From Dehalococcoidia bacterium (GTDB lineage: Bacteria > Chloroflexota > Dehalococcoidia > Lucifugimonadales > JAGWBF01), in the NCBI GenBank assembly GCA_965219565.1, contig OZ244780.1:1346146-1410145 (forward strand): 64,000 nt of DNA, written 5' to 3'. This document shows positions 36,349-44,152 of this stretch, in pieces. How positions within the stretch are numbered: position 1 is the first letter of the stretch; every line of letters begins with the position of its first letter. The position numbers were made by a program, and so were the translations under genes. Below the pieces are notes generated by a model that was not told the origin of the DNA, searched no databases, and was given only the letters and a program-made list of their open reading frames with translations.

Positions 36349-38691
36349 ATGAACCTCGGAGGTTTCATAGACACGTTCAAGGACGCGATAGCCAAGAGGG
36401 TGGTCGAGTCCTACCCGCCGCTCTACCGCCCCTCGGAGAACGGCGGCACGCTCCCCAGGCTGCTCCGCAAGCCCCTGGGGGCGCAGGCCGACGCGATCAG
36501 GGGCGCGGCCCTCTCCCTGAAGGCCCACCGGGGCACCACCGTCGTCGGCGAGATGGGCACCGGCAAGACCTTCATCGGCGCGGCAGCGGCATACATGGCG
36601 GGCTTCGAGAGGATTCTCATCATCTGCCCGCCCCACCTGGTGCCCAAGTGGAAGCGGGAGGTGGAGATGACGGTGGCCGGCGTCCGCGCCGCCATCGTCG
36701 AGTCCATCACCGACCTGGAGCGGCTGCGCCTCTCCGTCGGCTCAGGCCCTCTGTTCGCGGTGATGAGCCGGGAGAAGGCCAAGCTGTCCTACCGCTGGAT
36801 GCCCGCCGTGATACAGCGGTGGGCCGTCTCGAAGGGAAGGCTCCTGCGGGAGGAGGAGACGGGGGAGCCCTTCCGAGTCCCCTGCTGCCCCGACTGCACG
36901 GCGCAGATCGTCGACAAGGACGGCGTGCCCCTGACGTTCGCGGACCTGAACCGCCGCAAACACACCTGCGCCGGCTGCTACGCCCCCCTGTGGCAAGCCG
37001 ACAGGTCCGGCCCGGCCCGCTACCCGCTGGCCGACTACATCAAGCACCGGATGAAGGGCTTCTTCGACCTGCTGATCGGCGACGAAGTCCACGAGTTCAA
37101 GGGGCGAAGCTCTGCCCAGGGCATCGCCGCCGGCATCCTCGCAGACGTGTGCGGCAAGTCCCTCAGCCTGACCGGGACGCTCCTCGGCGGATACTCCTCG
37201 ACCATCTTCCACCTGCTCTACAGGTTCTCGCCGGAGATACGGACGGAGTTCGGGCGCTCCGACGAGGGGCGCTGGATCAAGCGGTACGGCTTCGAGGAGG
37301 TCACCGTCGGCAAACCCGACGACGACGCGGTGGAGGACGGGCGCAACAGCCGCCGCCGCAGCTACCGCAAGGTCACCAGGGAAAGGCCGGGCCTGGTGCC
37401 CTCGGCGTTGTTCCACATCATAGGGAACACCGTCTTCCTCAGACTGGCGGACGTCGCCTCCGGCCTGCCGGACTACGAGGAGAAGATCCTCGTGTCCTCG
37501 ATGGACTCGGAGGAGGACGCGACGGGCTACTCCCAGCGCAGCGCCTACAAGCACGTGTTCGAGACGCTGAAGGAGGAGCTGGCGAAGGCGCTGAAATCCG
37601 GCTCGAAGCGGCTGCTGGCGACGTACCTGCAAACCCTCCTCGCCTACCCCGACGGCTGCACCCGGGGCGAGACGGTCTTCGACCCCCGGACCGGCGACGT
37701 CATCGTGCAGGTGCCGCCCCTGTCCGAGGAGAAGCTCTACCCGAAGGAGAAGGCGCTCATCGACCTGGTGGCCGCCGAGCGGCTGGAGGGACGACGGGTG
37801 CTGGTCTACGTCACCCACACTGGGACCAGGGACATCACCGGGCGGATGGACGACTTCCTCACCCGGCACGGGTTCCGGGTGGCGGTGATGAAGGCCGACG
37901 CGGTGGCCCCGAACCGCAGGGAGAAGTGGGTCGCCGACAAGGTGAAGGAGGGCATCGACGTGCTCATCTGCCACCCCAGGCTGGTGCAGACCGGCCTCGA
38001 CCTCATCGACTTCCCGACAATCGTCTGGGACGAAACTGATTACTCGGTGTACGTCGTCCGGCAGGCGTCGCGCCGGTCGTGGCGCATCGGGCAGACCCGC
38101 CCGGTGAAGGTGGTGTTCATGTCCTACCGCAACACCCTCCAGGCCGACGCCCTGAAGCTGGTGGCGAAGAAGATGCAGAGTTCCCTGGCCGTCGAGGGGG
38201 AGCTGCCGGAGGACGGGCTGGCCGCCTATGGCGACGACGGCGACGACATGATGATGGCCCTGGCCCGCAGGATCGTCAGCGGCGAGGAGGAGGACGAGGC
38301 CGAGACGATGCAGGAGGTGTTCGCCCAGGCACGGAACGCCGAGAGCGAGGCCGAGGAGCTGCTGGTGGACGACGGCTGGAAGGTCGTCGAAGTCGAGCCG
38401 GAGGCCATTGCGGTCAACGGCAACGGGAACGGCAACGGCCACCACGGGTCCGACATCTTCGGGCCGACGGTCGAGCTCGTCCCGGTCAACGGCCACGCCA
38501 ACGGCAACGGAGCCAACGGCCACCACGACGAGGAACCGGAGGCGCAGCAGTCGCTGTTCTCCTGGGCCGAGTTCATGGCCGAGGAGCCGGTCAAGCCCAA
38601 GAGCCGCAAGGCCCGGACTCCCTCCCTGTCCCTCTTCGAGTGGGCGGTGGAACAGGAGCGCGAATCGGAGCCGGTCGGCGCAGGACGCTAG
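36349..38691 (+). CDS. SNF2/DEAD-like superfamily 2 helicase
   Basis: ATG after an AAAAGGAGG RBS. Motifs GEMGTGKT, DEVHEFK and QASRRSWRIGQ. Has an inserted CCPDC...CAGC zinc ribbon and an Asn-Gly/His-rich tail. Confidence 0.8.
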   Translation: MNLGGFIDTFKDAIAKRVVESYPPLYRPSENGGTLPRLLRKPLGAQADAIRGAALSLKAHRGTTVVGEMGTGKTFIGAAAAYMAGFERILIICPPHLVPKWKREVEMTVAGVRAAIVESITDLERLRLSVGSGPLFAVMSREKAKLSYRWMPAVIQRWAVSKGRLLREEETGEPFRVPCCPDCTAQIVDKDGVPLTFADLNRRKHTCAGCYAPLWQADRSGPARYPLADYIKHRMKGFFDLLIGDEVHEFKGRSSAQGIAAGILADVCGKSLSLTGTLLGGYSSTIFHLLYRFSPEIRTEFGRSDEGRWIKRYGFEEVTVGKPDDDAVEDGRNSRRRSYRKVTRERPGLVPSALFHIIGNTVFLRLADVASGLPDYEEKILVSSMDSEEDATGYSQRSAYKHVFETLKEELAKALKSGSKRLLATYLQTLLAYPDGCTRGETVFDPRTGDVIVQVPPLSEEKLYPKEKALIDLVAAERLEGRRVLVYVTHTGTRDITGRMDDFLTRHGFRVAVMKADAVAPNRREKWVADKVKEGIDVLICHPRLVQTGLDLIDFPTIVWDETDYSVYVVRQASRRSWRIGQTRPVKVVFMSYRNTLQADALKLVAKKMQSSLAVEGELPEDGLAAYGDDGDDMMMALARRIVSGEEEDEAETMQEVFAQARNAESEAEELLVDDGWKVVEVEPEAIAVNGNGNGNGHHGSDIFGPTVELVPVNGHANGNGANGHHDEEPEAQQSLFSWAEFMAEEPVKPKSRKARTPSLSLFEWAVEQERESEPVGAGR

Positions 38692-38704
38692 ACCGCCACA
38701 CACG

Positions 38705-38739
38705 GGGGTAGGACGCCCATGACACGGGTGTCCTACCCC
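38705..38739 (+). terminator. Intergenic 10-bp-stem hairpin
   Basis: GGGGTAGGAC...GTCCTACCCC between the helicase and Ubl genes. Confidence 0.4.
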
Positions 38740-38831
38740 TGCCAGTCCGAGAGGCCCGAACGGTGTCCCGAACGGGACGCCGCAGACACGGCAACGCAGC
38801 AAGACAGCAACTCTCACAAAGGAGATCAGTC

Positions 38832-39038
38832 ATGGCAAGAGTGTTCGTATACGACGACCGCGAGTTCCCGGACCCCGACCCCGAGATGAGCGTCGACCAG
38901 GTGAAGAGCACGCTCAGCGACTTCTACGGCGAGATCGCCAACGCCTCGGTCAAGGAGACCAAGCGGGGCGACGACACCATCTACGAGTTCCAGCGGCGGG
39001 TGGGCACCAAGGGCGCCTTCACCCTCGCCCGGAGCTAG
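38832..39038 (+). CDS. Ubiquitin-like (beta-grasp-sized) protein, PRTRC protein C-like
   Basis: 68 aa with an AAAGGAG RBS. RVFVYDDREFPDPDPEMSVDQVKSTLSDFYGEI...YEFQRRVGTKG matches my memory of the PRTRC-C family, which ends in GTKG. Here 7 extra residues (AFTLARS) follow. Confidence 0.6.
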   Translation: MARVFVYDDREFPDPDPEMSVDQVKSTLSDFYGEIANASVKETKRGDDTIYEFQRRVGTKGAFTLARS

Positions 39039-39051
39039 AGGAGGGAGTCCG

Positions 39052-39279
39052 ATGGACAACCGGACCTTTGCGGGCCTGCTGGCGGCGACGCCTCCGGCGG
39101 GCCTCAGAATCATCGAGCTCACGGCGGAGCTCACACGGCCCGACGGCTCCTTCGACCTGGACGCCGCGGCCGCACGGCAGGCTGAGGTGGAGACGGCCTG
39201 CACCCAGGCCCAGGACTACGCCTCGGCCACGGGCCGACTGCTGGAGGCGATGCGATGGAAGCTGCTGCCCCGGCGCTGA
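39052..39279 (+). CDS. Hypothetical small protein within the Ubl cassette
   Basis: 75 aa. Its stop overlaps the next ATG (TGATG). Confidence 0.45.
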   Translation: MDNRTFAGLLAATPPAGLRIIELTAELTRPDGSFDLDAAAARQAEVETACTQAQDYASATGRLLEAMRWKLLPRR

Positions 39280-40094
39280 TGAGCGGCCTGGCCGAACGGC
39301 TCCTGCGGCGTCCGCCGTCGCTGCGGGAGCTGGTCACGCTGGTCGGGTACGCCGACGACTACGCATGGTTCGCGGGGCTGGTGCGCCGCCTCTTCCCGAA
39401 TGAGGCGGAGGCGGCGCTCTCGGCCCCCGACGTGCGCACGAGGGTGGAGCGGTTCGCACACCTCTTTGGCGAACGACACTTCCCCCTCTACGCGCCGATG
39501 ATCGAGTTCTGGACGGAGGTCGAGGACGAACCGCCCTGGTCCTGGCTCAGGAGGGGCATCCCCTTCGACCTGATGGGCTTCGGCTACGACGGCCTCCACG
39601 AGATGTGGAACGGCTACCGGGACGGCATCTCGGCAATGGCCCTCCTGGTCAGGCCACCGGACGTCTACTACGACGGCCCCGACGGGCTGCGGGTGGCCTG
39701 GCTGGAGTCGGCCGCCGAGCGCATACCGAAAGAGACCTTGGAGAGAGTTCCCGAAGGGGGCATACCCCTGGAGGACCTCACGGAGGCGCTGAAAGGAACG
39801 AGGTTCGAGGGGGCGGCGCAAGCCTGCTCCTGGGTCCTCGCCGAGACCGGCAACTTCTTCCTCGACCACAACTACGAGGACGGGAGCTACGACGGCTTCG
39901 CCGACCCCTGGGACGACGACATCATCGCCGAGGGCACGGAGGAGTGGCGAAAGGCCAGCGCCCTCATGGACTCGGTGTGCAAACTGGCCGACTGGCTGGA
40001 GGACGACCTCCCCGGCCGCTTCGCGGAGATGCTGGACTTCGTCCTGCCCCGGCTCCCCGAACAAGAACAGGAGGCAACCGACCATGACGACTGA
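39279..40094 (+). CDS. Hypothetical protein within the Ubl cassette (positional equivalent of PRTRC protein F)
   Basis: 271 aa counted from the ATG coupled to the previous stop. Acidic, Trp-rich, with no motif recognised. Confidence 0.5.
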   Translation: MSGLAERLLRRPPSLRELVTLVGYADDYAWFAGLVRRLFPNEAEAALSAPDVRTRVERFAHLFGERHFPLYAPMIEFWTEVEDEPPWSWLRRGIPFDLMGFGYDGLHEMWNGYRDGISAMALLVRPPDVYYDGPDGLRVAWLESAAERIPKETLERVPEGGIPLEDLTEALKGTRFEGAAQACSWVLAETGNFFLDHNYEDGSYDGFADPWDDDIIAEGTEEWRKASALMDSVCKLADWLEDDLPGRFAEMLDFVLPRLPEQEQEATDHDD

Positions 40095-40794
40095 CACAGA
40101 AAAGACCGAGTGGTCCCTTCCGGGCCCGGATGAAATACCCAGGGACAAGCTGAACCTCCAGATGGAAGTCTACGAGGAGACCATCCTGCTGCGGGGCTTC
40201 GAGGGCGAGTCCGTCTGGGTCAAGACCGTATCGGCGGACGAGATCGCCAACGTCTTCACCCAGCACCTGGGTTTCTCCTCGGGGCTGCTTCCCCAGGACG
40301 CCCTCTGGTGGAACCAGGGCGAGACCGGCCAGATGGTGGCCCTCTGGCGGCCGCCGCAGGTCTGGCCGGTGGCCCTGCAACGGGAGGCGTTCAAGTCACC
40401 CGCACGGCTCCGGCTTCCCATGCCGGGGCTGGTCTTCGTCTGCTCGCCGGGCCGTGCGCCCTGGGCCTACGCGGCCCTGGAGCGACCGACGGACCCCGAT
40501 GAGCAGCTCTACCGAATGCCCGCCTTCAACGTCTTCGGCGACGGGCGGGTCTGCCCCGGAAGCCACCGGTTCCCCGAGGAGGTGGCACAGATACCGGAGT
40601 CCTTCTTCCGGTCCTTCTTCTCCCTTACCGGAGATTCAAAGAACCGCTCGAAGAAGCACCCCGACGACCTGCACTCGCTATGGGAGGAGTTGGATGGAAA
40701 GACTGAGTACCCGGTTGAGGACCTTGTTCCCCAGTGCACGGTGGCCCAGGTCATTGCGGCCTCCCAGGGGAGACGGGGCTATGGCTACCGCTAG
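40084..40794 (+). CDS. E2/UBC-like protein, PRTRC protein B-like
   Basis: MPAFNVFGDGRVCPG resembles the HPN...C active-site region of E2 enzymes. Size and position fit PRTRC-B. Confidence 0.55.
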   Translation: MTTDTEKTEWSLPGPDEIPRDKLNLQMEVYEETILLRGFEGESVWVKTVSADEIANVFTQHLGFSSGLLPQDALWWNQGETGQMVALWRPPQVWPVALQREAFKSPARLRLPMPGLVFVCSPGRAPWAYAALERPTDPDEQLYRMPAFNVFGDGRVCPGSHRFPEEVAQIPESFFRSFFSLTGDSKNRSKKHPDDLHSLWEELDGKTEYPVEDLVPQCTVAQVIAASQGRRGYGYR

Positions 40795-41470
40795 AGACGT
40801 ACGAGGCCCGGTGGGCTACCTCGTCAATCACCCAGGCGGGCTGACCGGCGCGCACGGCGTCGGCTACGACTACGTTTTCGGATTGGGCGGCGTCTACGTC
40901 CAGTCCGAGAGCGCACACCTGACGGCGCGGGTGCTCGTCTCCCCCTGCACGGTGCGGGGCCTCGCGCCCGTAACCGAGAAGGCGGAGCTAACGAACGGCC
41001 CCATCCCGGCCCGGCTCTTCGAAATCGGGCTACGCTGGTTCAAAGACGAACCCGACACCGAGCGGTTCTTCGCCGTCAGGTGGGACGGGCGAGCCTACCG
41101 GCTGGTGGTTCCCGAACAGGAAGGGACGGCTTCGTCCCTCAAATACATCCCGCCCGCAGGGGTGGTCGCCGAGTTCCACTCCCACGGAAGCTCCCGCGCC
41201 TTCTTCTCGAAGACCGACGACGGCGACGAGCTGGGCTTCCGCGTCTACGGCGTCGTTGGACGCCTGGACAGCCCCGAACCGGAGCTGAGTCTTCGGGTCG
41301 GCGTCTACGGCCACTTCGCAACGGTGGACTGGTCCCAGATGTTCGACGGGCCTATACCGGGCGTCCGGCTGGTGGACGAAGAGCCGGATTCAACCAATAC
41401 AAGAGACAAGGAGGTGATTGAATGCCTTACCACCTGGACAACGCGTTCCTGCTCGACAATCCCTGGATAA
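40781..41470 (+). CDS. JAB/MPN metallopeptidase, PRTRC protein A-like
   Basis: Intact JAMM motif AEFHSHGSSRAFFSKTDDGDE. The start overlaps the previous gene and the tail overlaps the E1 start by 49 nt. Confidence 0.7.
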   Translation: MATARDVRGPVGYLVNHPGGLTGAHGVGYDYVFGLGGVYVQSESAHLTARVLVSPCTVRGLAPVTEKAELTNGPIPARLFEIGLRWFKDEPDTERFFAVRWDGRAYRLVVPEQEGTASSLKYIPPAGVVAEFHSHGSSRAFFSKTDDGDELGFRVYGVVGRLDSPEPELSLRVGVYGHFATVDWSQMFDGPIPGVRLVDEEPDSTNTRDKEVIECLTTWTTRSCSTIPG

Positions 41471-42237
41471 CGGTGGTCGGCTGCGGTGGGACCGGAGGCT
41501 TCGTCGCCGAGGGTCTGTGCAGACTCTTCCAGGGGCGGCAGGCCACCATCGTCCTGGTCGACCACGACCGGGTGGAGCCCCACAACCTGCTGCGCCAGAA
41601 TTTCTACCCGGAGGATGTCGGGAGATTCAAGAGCCAGGCCCTCGCCGACCGGCTGGCCAAAGCCTACCGGCGTCCCGTGGGCTACTCGGTCTACCCGTTC
41701 CGGGAATACGACGCGCAACCCCACGGGCACGGCTACCCCGGCATCCCCGGCTACGGCGGCAACCTCATCATCGGCTGCGCCGACAACGCCGCAGCACGCA
41801 GGGCGATGGCGGAGTGCCTGCCGGTCGACACGCGCCGGTGGCTCATCGACGCGGGCAACGACACCAACTGGGGACAGGTGCTGGTAGGCAACGTCGCCGA
41901 GCCGGTGACCCTGGAGGAACCGCCCTTCACCGGGGAGACCTGCCACCTGGCGCCCGCGCCCACGCTCCAGCGCCCCGACCTGCTGACGGCGGTGTCGACC
42001 AGGCCGCCGGACGTGGACTGCGCGACGGCCCTCGACCTCACCGACCAGGACCCGACCATCAACCAGATGATGGCGTCCCTGGCGCTACAGGTGGTCCGCC
42101 GCATGGTGGCGGGCACCTGCCCCTTCATGGGCCTCTACCTGGACATGGAGCAGGGAACGGTCACCCCCAGCTACGTCACCCCGGAGGCGGTGGTGCGGGT
42201 GGTCGGGCCCGGCTCCGAGTGGGAGATAGAGGCTTAG
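41422..42237 (+). CDS. ThiF/MoeB/E1-like adenylyltransferase
   Basis: AGGAGG RBS. ITVVGCGGTGGFVAEGL Rossmann loop, VDHDRVEPHNLLRQ and IIGCADNAAARRA. Confidence 0.8.
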   Translation: MPYHLDNAFLLDNPWITVVGCGGTGGFVAEGLCRLFQGRQATIVLVDHDRVEPHNLLRQNFYPEDVGRFKSQALADRLAKAYRRPVGYSVYPFREYDAQPHGHGYPGIPGYGGNLIIGCADNAAARRAMAECLPVDTRRWLIDAGNDTNWGQVLVGNVAEPVTLEEPPFTGETCHLAPAPTLQRPDLLTAVSTRPPDVDCATALDLTDQDPTINQMMASLALQVVRRMVAGTCPFMGLYLDMEQGTVTPSYVTPEAVVRVVGPGSEWEIEA

Positions 42238-42288
42238 AGGTCAACGCACGAGCACACGCTCAGAGAAGAGACAACGAGAGGAGAAACC

Positions 42289-42699
42289 ATGTCTTACGAA
42301 AACGGAAACGCCACGACCCCGCATCAGGTGCGGGGCAGGTTCTGGGAGGACAAGCACAGCGGGCGCCGCAGGCACAAGCTGATGACGAAGGAGCTCGCCA
42401 ATACCATCCCGCCCCTGTACGCCAATGACGGAGCGGACGACCCCGACGCCGTTCTCGCCAGGGTGAAGCTGTTCACCCCATACGCCAACTGGACCTGGTA
42501 CGTGACCGAGTGGGAGGCGGAGACCGGGCTCTGCTTCGGCCTCGTCGAGGGGTTCGAGACCGAGCTGGGCTACTTCTCACTCGACGAGTTGGCGGACGTG
42601 ACCGTGCTCGGCGGCGTCCCCGCCGTGGAGCGGGACCTGTACTGGGAGCCGCAGACCCTCGGCGAGATCAGGAGACAGTCGGCGGGGATGGCGGCCTAG
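42289..42699 (+). CDS. DUF2958-family protein
   Basis: LMTKELANTIPPLY...VKLFTPYANWTWYVTEWE...CFGLVEGFETELGYFSLDEL...VERDLYWEP matches the DUF2958 pattern as I remember it. Confidence 0.65.
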   Translation: MSYENGNATTPHQVRGRFWEDKHSGRRRHKLMTKELANTIPPLYANDGADDPDAVLARVKLFTPYANWTWYVTEWEAETGLCFGLVEGFETELGYFSLDELADVTVLGGVPAVERDLYWEPQTLGEIRRQSAGMAA

Positions 42700-42751
42700 C
42701 GAACGCCGCACAGAAGCGCAATCACAGAATCGACGAAGCAAGGAGAAGACC

Positions 42752-43249
42752 ATGCCTGACGATAACGGAACGGAAGCAACCCACTCGGATGCGCCGAGCG
42801 CAGACGACGGCCTGTTCGGCGATGCGGCGGAGCCCGCGGCGGCCCCGACTGCCGAAGAGCAGGACGCCAATAAGGAGACCGCACAGGACGGCCAGGGCTC
42901 CGATGACGCCGGGGAGCAGGCCGCTGGAGAGGAGATCGAAGCCTCCGAGGACCTCAAGGTCGTCGTGTCCATCAAGGGAGGCAGGGCAACCATCGGGGTG
43001 CAGCAGCCTTCGTCGGACCCGCACATTGAGACGTTCGATGACCTGGACGAGTCCGGGCTTTCGCAGGAAGTCTCGGCGGTGGTCGAGAGGGCGAGGGCCA
43101 GGTGGGAGGACGCACCCAAGCACCCGGCCCACATCAGGCCCGATCCCCCGGCCAGGCGCCGGAACCGGCGCGGGCAGGGGTCGGCGCAGGCTTCAGACGC
43201 CGAGGCAGGGGCAGAGCAGGAGCAACAGCAGACGCTTAGGCTGTTCTAG
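42752..43249 (+). CDS. Acidic low-complexity protein, possibly PRTRC protein E-like
   Basis: A disordered acidic N-terminus is followed by LKVVVSIKGGRATIGVQQP and a basic/acidic tail ending TLRLF. The family assignment is weak. Confidence 0.4.
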   Translation: MPDDNGTEATHSDAPSADDGLFGDAAEPAAAPTAEEQDANKETAQDGQGSDDAGEQAAGEEIEASEDLKVVVSIKGGRATIGVQQPSSDPHIETFDDLDESGLSQEVSAVVERARARWEDAPKHPAHIRPDPPARRRNRRGQGSAQASDAEAGAEQEQQQTLRLF

Positions 43250-43341
43250 GGGTAGGTCCTAGGAGCACGGGACGCGAGAGCGCAAGACACGGGGGGAGGC
43301 CGTTGCCACATCGGCGACGACCTCCCCCAGCACGGCCATGT

Positions 43342-43443
43342 ATGCAGCCTTTTTTGCGTTTCGGGCCGTTCTCGCGTCCGTATGCGGCCCTTTTTGCGTT
43401 TCAGAGGAGACTAACTGACATGGGTGCACCACGAGAGTTAGTC
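43342..43443 (+). repeat. Direct repeat copy A with nested palindrome
   Basis: ATGCRGCC(T)nGCGTTTC occurs twice, followed by GACTAACT-gacat-GGTGCACC-acgag-AGTTAGTC. The core recurs exactly 8000 bp downstream. Confidence 0.75.
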
Positions 43444-43484
43444 AGTAGGGCGGCCGCACGGCTATGCGGTCGAGGTTTCGGGTT

Positions 43485-43874
43485 TCACTCTGAGGCCGTA
43501 GCCGCATCATCGACGCGCCGGTCTCCTCCCGAGGACCTTGCAGCGAGTTGGCGCATTCGGCCTGAGCGAGACCTACAGGCGCTCCCAGCCGAGCGGGGCA
43601 GACCGGGCCGGGTTTCGCGCTGGACGCTCCGGTCGGTGAAGATGTGGCCCAGGCCCAGGTCGTCGGCCAGGTCAAGCAACGCCACCTGATGAGCTAAGTT
43701 GGGCCGCACCCCCTTGTATCTCCAACGTCGTATGGTGAGGGGGTAGGTCCCGAGACGGCGTGCGATCTCCGCCCACGGCAGGCCGGACTCCACCTTGAAC
43801 CGCTCCAGGCGCTGTGGGAAGTCGTCGAGGAATTCGTGGGTCCTTGGGCTGTAGTATGTGTGCGGTCTCAGCAT
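43485..43874 (-). CDS. HTH DNA-binding protein, element-specific family (paralog 3)
   Basis: DDFPQRLERFKVESGLPWAEIARRLGTYPLTIRRWRYKGVRPNLAHQVALLDLADDLGLG. Start chosen at Met104 of ORF 43485..44183. Confidence 0.55.
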   Translation of the reverse strand: MLRPHTYYSPRTHEFLDDFPQRLERFKVESGLPWAEIARRLGTYPLTIRRWRYKGVRPNLAHQVALLDLADDLGLGHIFTDRSVQRETRPGLPRSAGSACRSRSGRMRQLAARSSGGDRRVDDAATASE

Positions 43875-44152
43875 GGCGAGCCGGTCCTTCCAGAGGACGA
43901 TTGCCAAGCCCTCTCCCCGATGGGAACGGCCTGGACGTCCAGTGCGTGAGCGCAAGACCGAGGTGTAGGGGTTCGGTTCGTGACGGCCCCCTGAGTGGGG
44001 TTGCCTACTGTCCATCCCTAGAGCCTGGGCGAATCCACTCCATGTGACGCCATTGGCCTCACGTGTACATCCATGTATGCGTACTTTTTCGTTGCCCGAA
44101 AGTAGCCGCCGCCCAACTGTCAAGATGGCTGCGGCGGCGCCGTCTTCCACGG

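Noticed and set aside
36648-38817. ORFs 36648..38039 (+) and 36742..38817 (-) overlapping the SNF2 helicase
   Set aside because: Same GC-frame artefact. The helicase frame carries all the recognisable motifs.
41422-41470. 49-nt overlap between the JAB gene tail and the E1 gene start as a possible programmed frameshift fusion
   Set aside because: The E1 ATG has its own strong AGGAGG RBS at ideal spacing, and the JAB tail (EVIECLTTWTTRSCSTIPG) looks like read-through of non-conserved sequence. Ordinary overlap is the simpler explanation.
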